DNA of 64,000 nucleotides from Gemmatimonadota bacterium (GCA_039586795.1 JBDHJS010000017.1:51168-115167); one strand, 5' to 3'; shown: positions 19,968-31,676, counted from the first letter of the stretch. The notes: generated by a model not told the origin, from the sequence alone. Made by a program: numbers and translations.

Positions 19968-20366
19968 CTACCGTCCTTCCCTTCTGGCCTGCTCGATCAG
20001 CTCGACCAGCCGGTCCAGATCCTCATGCGAGAGATCGGCCGCGTTCATGTCCAGAAAGGCTGCCACCGCCCGCTCCGCAGATCCATCGAAGAACGTCCGC
20101 ACCAGCCGCTTCATCGCCGACTGGCGTGCCTCGTCCCGAGGAACCGTCGGCTTGTACAGATAGCGCGCGCCGTCCTTCTCGTGCTCCAGGTGTCCCTTCT
20201 CCTCCAGGATCCGGAGCAGCGCCCGCACCGCCGAATAGCTCGGCGGATCAGGAAGCTCTTCCAGAACGTCCGCCGCCGACGCGCGGCCGCGCCGGTAGAT
20301 GATGTCCATGATCTGCCGCTCCCGGCGGCTCAAGTCGGTGTGTGGCGCTTCGCCCATCGCTCGCAT
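19968..20366 (-). CDS. BlaI/MecI/CopY family transcriptional repressor
   Basis: LSRRERQIMDIIY, PSYSAVRALLRILEEKGH, TFFDGS. Confidence 0.93.
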   Translation of the reverse strand: MRAMGEAPHTDLSRRERQIMDIIYRRGRASAADVLEELPDPPSYSAVRALLRILEEKGHLEHEKDGARYLYKPTVPRDEARQSAMKRLVRTFFDGSAERAVAAFLDMNAADLSHEDLDRLVELIEQARREGR

Positions 20367-20405
20367 CCCTCAGTGAGGACTGGAATCCAGCCCGGTCGAG
20401 ACCAA

Positions 20406-20455
20406 TGCTAGAAAAATAGCACTGCTAAAATGTTAGCATTAGCCCGTCCTGTCAA
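20406..20455 (-). promoter_or_regulatory. blaI promoter with tandem palindromic operators
   Basis: TGCTA-N6-TAGCA at 20406-20421 and 20423-20438; TTGACA on the minus strand at 20450-20455. Confidence 0.7.
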
Positions 20456-20531
20456 GCTCGGGATTCGCGACTAGATCTCCTTACGTGGACTGGGTGCTCG
20501 GAGATTCCTGCCTGGGGCGGGACCTTCAGGA

Positions 20532-21920
20532 CTAACGTTGCGGCGTCGTCTCGGGGGCCGTCGGCATAGCGGCGGCGACGCTTGCCTGCCATCGGTGCAG
20601 CCGTTCGAGTAGTTGGGAGGCGAGCTCCGGCTGCTCCAGGGAGAGATCGTTCGACTCACCGATGTCGGCCTCCAGATCGTACAGTTCTCGGCGACCGTCC
20701 TCGTACCACTCGATGAGTTTGTGGCGGCCAACTCGAACAGCCGCCGCCGGCGTCGTGCGCCATGGATCTTCCATCCCGCGGTACGCTTCCAGGTAGGCCG
20801 GAAAATGCCAGAACAGAGGTCGCTCCGCCAATGCCGCGCCGTTCAGTAACAAAGAAGAGAGGCTAACGCCATCCTGCGGTTGAGAATGCCCGGTGACACC
20901 GACGAGGTCCCTGATGGTTGGGTAGAGGTCGGAGCCGATGACCGGGGTGTCATCGCGGGCACCAGCCGTGATGTGACCGGGCCAGCGCACGGCCAGCGGC
21001 ACGCGAATCCCGCCTTCGTAGAGCATACCCTTCGAGCCGCGGAGCGGCGCCATCGAAGTCGCCGGTCCGTAGCCGCCGTTGTCGGAATGGAAGATGACGA
21101 CTGTGTTGTCCGTCAGCCCGAGCTCGTCCAATCTGGCCAGTACTCGGCCCACGCTTTCATCAACACTCTCGATCATCGCCGCGTAAGCCGCGTGATGGTG
21201 TTCCTCTGTGCCAGGCTTCCTCGCGTACTTCTCGATGAGCTCCGGCTTACCCTGCAGGGGCGTGTGAACCGCGTAGTGAGATAGGTACAGGAAGAATGGC
21301 GTACGGCGGTTCTCCTCGATGAATCGTAGTGCCTCATCGGTTAGCCGATCGGTCAGGTACTCTCCCTCTCTTCCTTCTGTTAATCCGATCAGTTCACGTC
21401 CGGCGCGCCGATAGGGATAGAAGTAGCTTGGCGGGTGCCCCACATTGTCGCCGGCAACGTTGATGTCGAATCCATGATCGGCGGGTGAGCTGCCTGCTCC
21501 GCCCAGGTGCCACTTACCGACGTGCCCTGTAGCATAGCCCGCATCGCGCAGCATCTCAGCAATCGTGACGAAGCTGGTGTCGAGGTCCGTCCGGTTGGGC
21601 GCCGGGATCAGCTCTCGCAGCTCCGCTTCCCCGCGGGCGGGGGACCCGACGGTATAAACGCCGTGCCGCGGCGTGTAGAGGCCGGTGAGTAACGAGGCCC
21701 GGCTCGGCGCACAGTTCGGCGCGTTGGCGTAGGCATTGGTGAAGGTCAAGCCTCCAGCGGCAAGCCCATCGATGTTAGGGGTCTCGTAAAAGGTACTGCC
21801 CATGAAGCCAGCGTCGCGCCAGCCCATGTCATCTATATAGACGAGGACGATGTTGGGTGGCGGCGGTTCGGCGCAGCCGACGAGCAGGAGCAGGAGCAAG
21901 CTGAAAGGCCTAAGGCTCAA
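20532..21920 (-). CDS. Formylglycine-dependent sulfatase, probable lipoprotein
   Basis: LVGC lipobox; PNIVLVYIDD, CAPSRASLLTG, GKWHLG, SDNGG, EGGIRVP. Confidence 0.92.
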   Translation of the reverse strand: MSLRPFSLLLLLLVGCAEPPPPNIVLVYIDDMGWRDAGFMGSTFYETPNIDGLAAGGLTFTNAYANAPNCAPSRASLLTGLYTPRHGVYTVGSPARGEAELRELIPAPNRTDLDTSFVTIAEMLRDAGYATGHVGKWHLGGAGSSPADHGFDINVAGDNVGHPPSYFYPYRRAGRELIGLTEGREGEYLTDRLTDEALRFIEENRRTPFFLYLSHYAVHTPLQGKPELIEKYARKPGTEEHHHAAYAAMIESVDESVGRVLARLDELGLTDNTVVIFHSDNGGYGPATSMAPLRGSKGMLYEGGIRVPLAVRWPGHITAGARDDTPVIGSDLYPTIRDLVGVTGHSQPQDGVSLSSLLLNGAALAERPLFWHFPAYLEAYRGMEDPWRTTPAAAVRVGRHKLIEWYEDGRRELYDLEADIGESNDLSLEQPELASQLLERLHRWQASVAAAMPTAPETTPQR

Positions 21921-21951
21921 TGTCTTACGCCCAAGGTGGATTTCCGATGTC

Positions 21952-21997
21952 CAACGCCCGATTTCCAGGACAAGGCTTCCTTGAATATCGGGCGTTG
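21952..21997. terminator. Inverted repeat downstream of tRNA-Lys
   Basis: caacgcccgat ... atcgggcgttg, 11-bp perfect arms. Confidence 0.45.
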
Positions 21998-22041
21998 AGC
22001 GTTGGATGTTGGTGATTCTGAGGGCGCGCCAGCGCCCGAAG

Positions 22042-22114
22042 TAGGCCGGGAGGGACTCGAACCCTCAACCTACGGATTAAGAGTCCGTTGCTCTGCCAGT
22101 TGAGCTACCGGCCT
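22042..22114 (-). tRNA. tRNA-Lys (anticodon CTT), CCA not encoded
   Basis: Minus strand AGGCCGGTAGCTCAACTGGCAGAGCAACGGACTCTTAATCCGTAGGTTGAGGGTTCGAGTCCCTCCCGGCCTA; cloverleaf with GTTCGA T-loop. Confidence 0.97.
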
Positions 22115-22155
22115 AAAGGTCGAGAGGAGTTAAGCTAGCAGCCGAAAATCCGCCG

Positions 22156-23064
22156 TCAACTGCCGAAAGGGATCAGCACGTCGGGCGACGGTTTGGCAAA
22201 TCGTCCAGGGTGAATCGCCCACGCCATCGCCTCCAGCCCGTCAATCAGCCGCGGGCCGCCGCGGCAGAACACCGCCCCATCTCCTATATAGACGCGCCGC
22301 CGACGCACGGCCTCGATCTCCCACCAACCGGGTCGTTCCGTGAGCAGTGGCATCTCGGCGACGGTTCGTTCCACCGGCATGTCCTCGGGAGCGATGATCA
22401 GAATCTCCGGGCTCTTCCTCTTGATCAGCTGCCACGGCACCGGAGTCGGCGGCATGCCGGCCGAGTTCAGCACATCCCGACCGCCGGCGATCTCGACCAG
22501 CTGAGGAATCCAGTAACCCCCGCTGAGAAACGGCTCCATCCATTGGATCACCGCGGCCCGATATCGCCTGCCGCCTTCCAGGGCGGCCTCGACCGCATCG
22601 ATTCGGTGCCGCATGTGATGAACGAGCTCCATCGATTCCTGCATATGGCCGGTCTCGAAGCCGACTCGTCCGTGGTCGTCGAGCACATCGTCCAGGTGCT
22701 TCGGGTAGAGGATCATCAGATTCGGGCGAGGGTTGAGACCCTCGGCGATCGCGCGGACGCCTTGCAGCGAGACCAGCGAGAACTCTGCAGGGCCCTGAGT
22801 GATCACGACGTCAGCTCTCAGCCCCCACATCGCCGTCTCATCAAGTCGGTAGATGCTGCCGAAGCTGGCGTTCGTCTCCACCTTTTGCCGGTGGATCTCG
22901 CCGCTGGAGAGTTCTCCGACATCGAATCTCCCCTTCGTAACCGCCTTGAGATCGCCAACCTCAGGTGGATAGTTGCAGGCATGAGATACCCCGACGACCT
23001 CTTCGCCAGCGCCGATGGCGAACGCTATTTCTGTGGCTGCGGGAAACAAACTTGCTATGCGCAT
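22156..23064 (-). CDS. BtuF-like (cobalamin/Fe-siderophore) binding protein lacking a signal peptide
   Basis: MRIASLFPAATEI...VGVSHACNYP; WIPQLVEIAGG; RGGPRLIDGLE. Confidence 0.8.
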   Translation of the reverse strand: MRIASLFPAATEIAFAIGAGEEVVGVSHACNYPPEVGDLKAVTKGRFDVGELSSGEIHRQKVETNASFGSIYRLDETAMWGLRADVVITQGPAEFSLVSLQGVRAIAEGLNPRPNLMILYPKHLDDVLDDHGRVGFETGHMQESMELVHHMRHRIDAVEAALEGGRRYRAAVIQWMEPFLSGGYWIPQLVEIAGGRDVLNSAGMPPTPVPWQLIKRKSPEILIIAPEDMPVERTVAEMPLLTERPGWWEIEAVRRRRVYIGDGAVFCRGGPRLIDGLEAMAWAIHPGRFAKPSPDVLIPFGS

Positions 23065-23119
23065 CTGGAAGTGCGGTTAGGGCTAGGGGGAGAAGGGCGC
23101 AACCGGGGGCGCCGACGGC

Positions 23120-23395
23120 TCACAGATCCGGAAGCGAGCGTCGATCTCTTCCTGCTTCGAGCTCGCGACGAAAGCGCTCCGCGTCCTCGAGTCGATGGAC
23201 CTGGCGATCGATATCGCGCACGACATCCTCGAGCTGCGCCATTCGCGCTTCGATTTCTTCCTTGTCGGCTTTCAGTCCCTTCATCTTGGCATACTCCCGG
23301 AAAAGCGGACGCACCACCAGATGCGTGGCCAGCGCCAGGCTCGGCACGCCGAAGATGAAGATTATCGCCATAAAGCCCAGGAGGTCTTCCACCAC
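23120..23395 (-). CDS. Small single-TM coiled-coil protein
   Basis: N-terminal TM followed by heptad-like EARMAQLEDVVRDIDRQVHRLEDAERF. Confidence 0.7.
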   Translation of the reverse strand: MVEDLLGFMAIIFIFGVPSLALATHLVVRPLFREYAKMKGLKADKEEIEARMAQLEDVVRDIDRQVHRLEDAERFRRELEAGRDRRSLPDL

Positions 23396-23536
23396 AATCC
23401 TCTCTCTACAGTCTGCTAGAACATAGGCGGAATGCGCGAGGGTCGGTAGTCCTCACACCTCCCTGTATGGCCGCCCACGCTCCCGACTCCTCAGTCCTTG
23501 ACAGTCGAGCGCGTATCTCGGTAGCGTAGGTATATA

Positions 23537-23622
23537 GCCGCCAGGGGTATCCCCCGTTTGTTGGGGATTGAGACCATACCCGTGGAACCTGATCCGGCTG
23601 ACACCGGCGGAGGGAGAGCGGC
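23537..23622 (+). promoter_or_regulatory. TPP riboswitch
   Basis: GGGG...TGAGA...ACCCGTGGAACCTGATCCGGCTGACACCGGCGGAGGGA with closing gccgc/gcggc stem; directly upstream of thiC. Confidence 0.93.
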
Positions 23623-23707
23623 GCCCGGAACCTACCCGTGGTCATCTCCGACTCGCCCCTCCCCATGTGCACAGCCGGCCGGCGGCCCAGTGTTCCTACG
23701 ACGGTAA

Positions 23708-25402
<1,695 letters not shown>

Positions 25403-25475
25403 ACCGCCCACGTTGCAACCTTTTCCCAGCCTCCAGGTGTCCAATCCGGTGACACCCTGACGGAGGAGTACGCCC

Positions 25476-26303
25476 ATGCATTCAAGAGTGATCTTACTCA
25501 CAGTTTTGGCGGCTGCGCTGGTCGCGGTAGCCAGCGCCCCGACGGAGATCGTTGCCCAGGACATCCGCGTCGTACAGGACGATGACTGGTGCCGTGATTC
25601 CCACTGGGGCGACGACGACGACGAGGAGTTCTGCGAGGTCCGCGAGTTCACGCTGAACGCTCGGGACATGGTGACCCTGGACGCCGCGCCGAACGGTGGC
25701 ATCCAGGTGGAAGGCTGGAATCGGAACGAGATTCTGGTTCGGGCCAAAGTGCACACCCGGGCGCGGAGCGAGTCCGACGCCCGCGAGATTGCCGAGGAGA
25801 TCGAGCTCGGCACGGGTTCGACGATCGACGCAGACGGGCCGCGCACGGGCCGCAACGAAGGCTGGTCGGTGAGCTTCCGCGTGTACGTGCCGTACAACTC
25901 GAACCTCAATCTGAAGAGCACCAACGGCGGGATCGGGATCACCGAGGTGACCGGCGACATCGAGTTTCGGACCACGAACGGCGGCGTGCACCTCGAGCGG
26001 CTGGCCGGCGACGTGCATGGCCGGACGACCAACGGCGGTCTGCGGGTCGAACTTGACGGCGATTCGTGGGAAGGCGCGGGACTCGACGTAGAGACGACCA
26101 ACGGCGGCATCCGCCTCGTCATCCCGGACAATTACAACGCCCACCTGGAGACGGGCACGACGAACGGGTCGTTCAGCATCGACTTCCCGGTCACCGTCTC
26201 CGGTCGCATCGATCGCCGCAATTTCAACATCGATCTCGGTGATGGTGGCACGACCATCAAGGTGAGGACGACGAACGGCGGCGTTAAGGTAGAGCGCAGC
26301 TAG
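25476..26303 (+). CDS. Secreted DUF4097-type beta-strand repeat protein
   Basis: Signal peptide; repeated TTNGG(I/V) units. Confidence 0.85.
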   Translation: MHSRVILLTVLAAALVAVASAPTEIVAQDIRVVQDDDWCRDSHWGDDDDEEFCEVREFTLNARDMVTLDAAPNGGIQVEGWNRNEILVRAKVHTRARSESDAREIAEEIELGTGSTIDADGPRTGRNEGWSVSFRVYVPYNSNLNLKSTNGGIGITEVTGDIEFRTTNGGVHLERLAGDVHGRTTNGGLRVELDGDSWEGAGLDVETTNGGIRLVIPDNYNAHLETGTTNGSFSIDFPVTVSGRIDRRNFNIDLGDGGTTIKVRTTNGGVKVERS

Positions 26304-26314
26304 ATCACATGCAC

Positions 26315-26352
26315 ACAGCCGTCGCCCGATCTCCCGGTCGGGCGACGGCTGT
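26315..26352. terminator. Hairpin after the DUF4097 gene
   Basis: acagccgtcgcccga-N8-tcgggcgacggctgt, 15-bp perfect stem. Confidence 0.65.
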
Positions 26353-26476
26353 ACTACATCGCCTCCTTCCTCTAGCATTAGCGCTCTGATACGAGCACAT
26401 ATAAGCCCAAACACGCGGATGCCCGACTCCGGGTTTGCCGCGCTCATCGGCTCGACATAGCTTCCTGACTCTGATG

Positions 26477-29029
26477 ATGAGAACCACGTACCTGATCGCC
26501 GCTCTCGCGCTGCTCTTCGCGGCGCCCCAACTGTCTGGCCAGGCACCCCAGGTGAGCCAGCAGGGAACGGTCCCAGCCGTAGCTGGCGCACACTACGAGA
26601 AGTTCGGGCTGTGGCGCTGGATGTGGGGAGCGCACTATCGGGACGCCTGGACGACGAGCTTCCAGGTAGAGATGCTCGACCTTGACCGGTTCGCCGGTGG
26701 CCTCACCCCCGTGCGCAAGGGTCGCGGCCGGCAGACCAAGTCGCTCATCTTCGCCGGCGCCGATGGTCGCAACTACGCCTTTCGTTCCATAGACAAAGAC
26801 GCCGCGGGAGCGCTGGCCGAGGAGCTGCGCGAGACCGTAGCCGTCGACGTCGTCCAGGACCAAATCAGCTCGCAGCACCCGGTATCATCGCTCGTGACAT
26901 CCGAGCTGGCGGAAGCCGTCGGCGTCCTGGACGTCAAGGGCCGCGTCTTCGTGATGCCCGACGACGCGCGTCTCGGCGAGTTTCTCGACGAGTTCGGCGG
27001 CATGTTGGGTATGATGGTGGAGCGACCGGGCGAACATACCCGCGACGAGGCCATTTTCGCCGGCGCGGCCCAGATCGCCGACGGCAACCAGATTTTCGAG
27101 ATGCTGCTCGCGAGCCCGGCCAACAGGCTCGACGCGCGGGCGTACCTCCGGGCACGTCTTCTCGACATCCTGATCGGCGATTGGGATCGCCATCGCTACC
27201 AATGGCGCTGGGCACGCTTCGCCGACACCGATTGGCTGCCGATCCCGGAAGACCGCGATCAAGCCTTCTCGCGCCTGGACGGCGTCCTGCCATCGCAAGC
27301 CTATCGCTTCGTTCCCGAGCTGGTGAGCTTCAAGCCGGAGTACCCCAGCATACTCGGCCTCACGTTCACGGCGCAGGAAGTCGACCGCTACTTCCTGACG
27401 GCATTAGAGCGACCGGCTTGGGATTCGGTTGCCGCGTCGATGACGGAGCAGTTGACCGACGACGTCATCGAGAACGCCGTTCGGCACCTGCCGCCGGAGC
27501 TGTATGAGATCGACGGGGCCATATGGACGAACACGCTCAAACAGCGTCGTGATGCGCTGACCGAGGCAGCCACCGACTTCTACGAACTGCTGGCCCGACA
27601 GGTCGAGATCCAGGCCACCGATGTGGCGGAAGAAATCTTCATCATCCGAAACACCGACGGCACTGTCGATGTGACGATGGCCGAGCGTGGGGCTCGTCAA
27701 CCGTACTACACTCGTCGCTTCCTACCGGACGAAACGAAAGAGATCCGCATCCGAATGCACGGCGGCGATGACGTGGCAAGGGTTATCGGCGAGGATGACC
27801 TGGAGATGAGAGTGCGGGTGATCGGCGGCGCGGGCGATGATGAGCTGAGGTACGACTCGCCGGTTGGAAACGTCAAGCTCTACGACCAGCACGGGGCCGG
27901 TCGCGTGACCGGCGATAGCGGAGGCAAAGACAAGGTCGATTCAAGGCCATACACCGAATGGTACTATGCGTCGGGCCAGGAGCGACCACCCCGGCAATGG
28001 GGTAGCGCCCACATTCCGATCATCAGGTTTGGGATCAACTCCGATTACGGCGTACTTCTCGGACTCGGGATGACGCGATACACGTACGGGTTCCGCAAGC
28101 ACCCGTACGCAGCGCGTTGGTCCGGCGGCTTCGGCGTTTCGACCACCGGGCGGTTTCTGGTTCTATTCAACGCCGACTTGAGGCGCGAAAACTCGGAGCT
28201 GTTCTTCGGGCTCAATACCTTCTTCTCACAGCTCGACGTCATCAACTTCTTCGGGTTCGGAAACGACACCGAATTGCTGGAAGGCGCGAGCGTCGACTTC
28301 TACAAGGTTCGCCTCAGCCAGTTCGTTTTTGATCCTTCTATTGGCTGGGACATAGGAAAAGAGACCGATATCCAGTTGGGTGCGACGGTCCGCTACTCGA
28401 ACACAAGAGCGGACACGACCACGTTTATAGGCTCGTTTCCGGACCTCTACGGCGTCGGCGACTTCTGGCAGACCGGAGCGTTCGGCATCTTCTCTGTTGA
28501 CACACGTGATGTGCAGGCGGTCCCGACCAAAGGCGTGACGCTCTCATTGACCGGCCGTGTCTATCCGGAGGCCCTGGACGTCGCAGAGACCTACGGACTC
28601 GTCGAGGGGTTGGCGACGACTTATCTGACCGCGAGGATCCCGTTGCAGCCGACGCTGGCGCTGCTGGCGGGCGGGAAGAAGATCTGGGGCGACCCGCCCT
28701 ATTTCGACGCCGCGTTCATCGGCGGCCCCGCAACGTTGCGAGGTTACCTGGCCGAGCGATTCGCCGGCGATGCCTCGGTCTATGGCAGAGCCGAGTTGCG
28801 GTTGCTGCTGGGGCATCGAAGGATACTGATACCGGGTGACTTCGGACTGTACGGTGCGGCGGATGCCGGACGCGTCTGGGTCGACGGCGAGTCACCGGGC
28901 GACCTGCATACTGGTTACGGCGGCGGCCTTTGGTTCTCGTTCCTGGGACGGCAAAACACGCTGTCGCTGACCTTCATGACAAGCACGGAAGGCAACCGCT
29001 TCTACATTCGCTACGGCATGCCATTCTAG
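26477..29029 (+). CDS. Outer-membrane protein: N-terminal atypical-kinase-like domain fused to a C-terminal Omp85/BamA-TamA-type barrel
   Basis: Signal peptide; GRGRQTKSL, FRSIDK, LLDILIGDWDRH, PEDRDQAF; C-terminal LRGY (VRGY-like) loop, amphipathic strands, terminal Phe. Confidence 0.8.
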   Translation: MRTTYLIAALALLFAAPQLSGQAPQVSQQGTVPAVAGAHYEKFGLWRWMWGAHYRDAWTTSFQVEMLDLDRFAGGLTPVRKGRGRQTKSLIFAGADGRNYAFRSIDKDAAGALAEELRETVAVDVVQDQISSQHPVSSLVTSELAEAVGVLDVKGRVFVMPDDARLGEFLDEFGGMLGMMVERPGEHTRDEAIFAGAAQIADGNQIFEMLLASPANRLDARAYLRARLLDILIGDWDRHRYQWRWARFADTDWLPIPEDRDQAFSRLDGVLPSQAYRFVPELVSFKPEYPSILGLTFTAQEVDRYFLTALERPAWDSVAASMTEQLTDDVIENAVRHLPPELYEIDGAIWTNTLKQRRDALTEAATDFYELLARQVEIQATDVAEEIFIIRNTDGTVDVTMAERGARQPYYTRRFLPDETKEIRIRMHGGDDVARVIGEDDLEMRVRVIGGAGDDELRYDSPVGNVKLYDQHGAGRVTGDSGGKDKVDSRPYTEWYYASGQERPPRQWGSAHIPIIRFGINSDYGVLLGLGMTRYTYGFRKHPYAARWSGGFGVSTTGRFLVLFNADLRRENSELFFGLNTFFSQLDVINFFGFGNDTELLEGASVDFYKVRLSQFVFDPSIGWDIGKETDIQLGATVRYSNTRADTTTFIGSFPDLYGVGDFWQTGAFGIFSVDTRDVQAVPTKGVTLSLTGRVYPEALDVAETYGLVEGLATTYLTARIPLQPTLALLAGGKKIWGDPPYFDAAFIGGPATLRGYLAERFAGDASVYGRAELRLLLGHRRILIPGDFGLYGAADAGRVWVDGESPGDLHTGYGGGLWFSFLGRQNTLSLTFMTSTEGNRFYIRYGMPF

Positions 29030-29055
29030 CGAGACATGCCAACCGGGAGGGAAGC

Positions 29056-29694
29056 ATGATACGTAGGATACTGATGACTGGCGCTTTGTTGGTTTCTATC
29101 TCGTCGGCAGCTTCAGCTCAGACCGTCGAATTCGCTCCGTTCCTGGGATGGAACTTCGGTGGTACGTTCAAGAACGTGAACGTGCCGGAAGGGGCGGGCG
29201 TCAACAATCTGGACGTCGCGAACTCGATCGTCTTCGGACTCGTCGCCGACATACCGATCACACCCCAGCTCCAGATCGAGCTGCTCGCCGAGTGGCAGCC
29301 GACGCATCTACAGGCGTGGGATCCCGTGGTCGGCAGCAATCAACCCGTCATCGATCCGTTAACGGTCGCCTACTATCACGCCGGCGTCCTGTTTCAACAG
29401 GCGCGCAAGGAGGTGAAGAAGCCCCACGGTTTCCTGTCGATCACAGGCGGAATCACCAACTTCAGCGGCGACGGCGCCGACAGTGAGACGCGATTCTCGT
29501 TCGGCGCTTCGTTTGGTGGGAAATGGTATTTCAACGAGCGGTTCGGCGCGCGCCTTGGGAGCCGGCTGATGATCACCTACTTCCCGAGCACGAGCGAACT
29601 CTTCTGTGGAGAAGGCAGCGTCTGCTACCAGATACCCGCGAACACTTTCCTCCCGCAGATCGATTTGACGGGCGGCGTGATCATCGCCTTCTAA
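29056..29694 (+). CDS. Small outer-membrane beta-barrel protein
   Basis: GGAGG RBS, signal peptide, alternating strands, ends ...TGGVIIAF. Confidence 0.8.
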   Translation: MIRRILMTGALLVSISSAASAQTVEFAPFLGWNFGGTFKNVNVPEGAGVNNLDVANSIVFGLVADIPITPQLQIELLAEWQPTHLQAWDPVVGSNQPVIDPLTVAYYHAGVLFQQARKEVKKPHGFLSITGGITNFSGDGADSETRFSFGASFGGKWYFNERFGARLGSRLMITYFPSTSELFCGEGSVCYQIPANTFLPQIDLTGGVIIAF

Positions 29695-29695
29695 T

Positions 29696-30898
29696 ATGAC
29701 GCGCCAGGCAGCGGCAGCTGCAACAGCCCTACTGCTGGCAGCTTGCGGGACCCGCGAGTATCCCGACATGCCGCCGGTTCCCACCGGCCTCCCGGATGCC
29801 GACGCCGTCGTGTACCTGATCGGCGACGCCGGCCTGGCGGTGAAAGACACCCCGGTCATCGCGCAGCTCCACGCCGACGTGGCGGATCGCTCGCGAACCG
29901 CTTCAGTCGCTGTCGCTTTCCTTGGCGACAACATCTACGAGCACGGGATGCACGATCCGTCGGACCCCTACTACGAGCGAGATGTTTCCCGCCTCGAGGC
30001 CCAGATCGACGTCGTTCGCGGTACGTCGGCCGTCGGCATTTTCGTACCGGGCAACCACGATTGGGGTTATGGCGGCGAGCAGGGGCTTGCCAACGTGCAG
30101 CGTCAGGACACGTACCTTGCTGACGTAGCCGCTACAGGTGTTAACGTGACGTTCTTGCCCAAGGCCGGTTGTCCGGGCCCCGTCGCGATGGAGCTGGGCG
30201 AATCGGTGCTCCTCATCATGATCGAGACCGATCTATGGTTGCGTGGCGATGGCAACGCCGAAGCCGAGGGCTGCGCGCACCGCAACACCGATGAAGCGCT
30301 CGTCTCGCTACGCGAGCTACTACAGAACAACGCCCACACCGCGAACCGTGACGTCGTCGTCCTCGCTCACCACCCGCTGATGACATTTGGCCCGCACGGC
30401 GGCTACTACGACTGGCAGAACCAGCTGTTTCCGGGCACCAACCTGTGGAAACCGCTCTATATTCCGTTCCCGTTCATATATCCCATCGTCCGCAACATGG
30501 GAGTGACCAGTCAGGACACTAAGAACGGGAAGTACCGAAGCATGCGGGACCAGTTGATCGGCCTGTTCGAACGCTTCGATGAGCAGCCCCTCGTGTACGC
30601 CGCGGGGCACGAGCACAGTCAGCAGGTCTATGAGGGCAGTGGCCTGGGCGTCGGCTGGAACCTGGTGAGCGGAGCCGGCAGTCGGCTCTCCGAAGTGAGC
30701 GACGACTTCGGCGCCGAGTTCGTTGCCGGCAAGCACCTGAAAGAGCACGGGTACATGCGGCTCGAGTTTCTGTCGGACGGACGCGTTCTGCTTACGGTAT
30801 TCTCGGACGGTACCGCCAAGTGTAAGACCCGCGGCGGATCAAGCACCTGTCGCGGCGAGTCGACGATCCGCTACTGGCGCTGGCTGAACGGCCAGTGA
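29696..30898 (+). CDS. Calcineurin-like metallophosphoesterase lipoprotein
   Basis: LAAC lipobox; IGDAG, LGDNIY, PGNHDW, AHHP, AGHEH, VSGAGS. Confidence 0.9.
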   Translation: MTRQAAAAATALLLAACGTREYPDMPPVPTGLPDADAVVYLIGDAGLAVKDTPVIAQLHADVADRSRTASVAVAFLGDNIYEHGMHDPSDPYYERDVSRLEAQIDVVRGTSAVGIFVPGNHDWGYGGEQGLANVQRQDTYLADVAATGVNVTFLPKAGCPGPVAMELGESVLLIMIETDLWLRGDGNAEAEGCAHRNTDEALVSLRELLQNNAHTANRDVVVLAHHPLMTFGPHGGYYDWQNQLFPGTNLWKPLYIPFPFIYPIVRNMGVTSQDTKNGKYRSMRDQLIGLFERFDEQPLVYAAGHEHSQQVYEGSGLGVGWNLVSGAGSRLSEVSDDFGAEFVAGKHLKEHGYMRLEFLSDGRVLLTVFSDGTAKCKTRGGSSTCRGESTIRYWRWLNGQ

Positions 30899-30967
30899 TG
30901 CAGTAAGTTGCGCGGTCCCAAATCATGAAGTTTTGCGTCAGCAATGACCGGAAGGAGCTAAACAGTA

Positions 30968-31588
30968 ATGCGCAAGACGCTAACAGCAGCCTTGTTGATA
31001 TTCGTAGCCGCCTCATCGAACGCCATGGCGCAGGACAAAGCCGACCTCAGTGGTATGGCCGGCTACGCCTTCGGCGCCAGTGTCGATGTCTTGACCGGAA
31101 AGGTGAAGGTGGAGGACGCCGCCGCCTACAGCGCGACGCTCGGCTTCAAGCCGCAGCGCAACTCACAGGTGGAGCTCAACTGGACCTACCATCCAACGGA
31201 CCTCCGTTACACACCGTTCACCGCCCCGGTAGAGACGATCGGACTCGACGTCCACTACTTCCAGATCGGTGGTATGCAAGAGTTCCCGTCAGGCCAGGCG
31301 AAGCCGTTCGTGAAGTTCAGCCTGGGTGCGACCTACTTCAACCCGGCATCGGGGAACCTGGGTGGGGTGAACGTGAGCTCAGAGTGGAGGTTCTCGATGA
31401 TGCTCGGTCTCGGCGCCAAGTACTTCTTCAGTCCGCGCGTCGGGCTCCGACTGCAGGGTGACCTGATCGGTACGTTCCTGAGTTCCAGTGGCGGCGTGTT
31501 CTGCGGCTTCGGCGGCTGTTCTCTGGGGCTGTTCGGGTATGGCATGTGGTCGGGCGACCTCATGGGCGGTCTCACTATCGCCATGTAA
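30968..31588 (+). CDS. Small outer-membrane beta-barrel protein (paralog of 29056)
   Basis: Signal peptide; GLGAKYFFSPRVGLRLQG; FCGFGGC loop resembles FCGEGSVC in the paralog. Confidence 0.8.
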   Translation: MRKTLTAALLIFVAASSNAMAQDKADLSGMAGYAFGASVDVLTGKVKVEDAAAYSATLGFKPQRNSQVELNWTYHPTDLRYTPFTAPVETIGLDVHYFQIGGMQEFPSGQAKPFVKFSLGATYFNPASGNLGGVNVSSEWRFSMMLGLGAKYFFSPRVGLRLQGDLIGTFLSSSGGVFCGFGGCSLGLFGYGMWSGDLMGGLTIAM

Positions 31589-31676
31589 TCATGGCGATCA
31601 CTCGATCGGCGCCGATGCAAGACGCCCCGCGGCTTCATGGCCACGGGGCGCTTTGCTATTCGCGGTCTGCCATCGA

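Noticed and set aside
17186..20366. Beta-lactam resistance locus
   Set aside because: No beta-lactamase or PBP2a gene adjacent, and no penicillin-binding sensor domain
22042..22114. tRNA-Lys as an integration site for a genomic island
   Set aside because: No integrase nearby, and I saw no duplicated tRNA 3' end in the window
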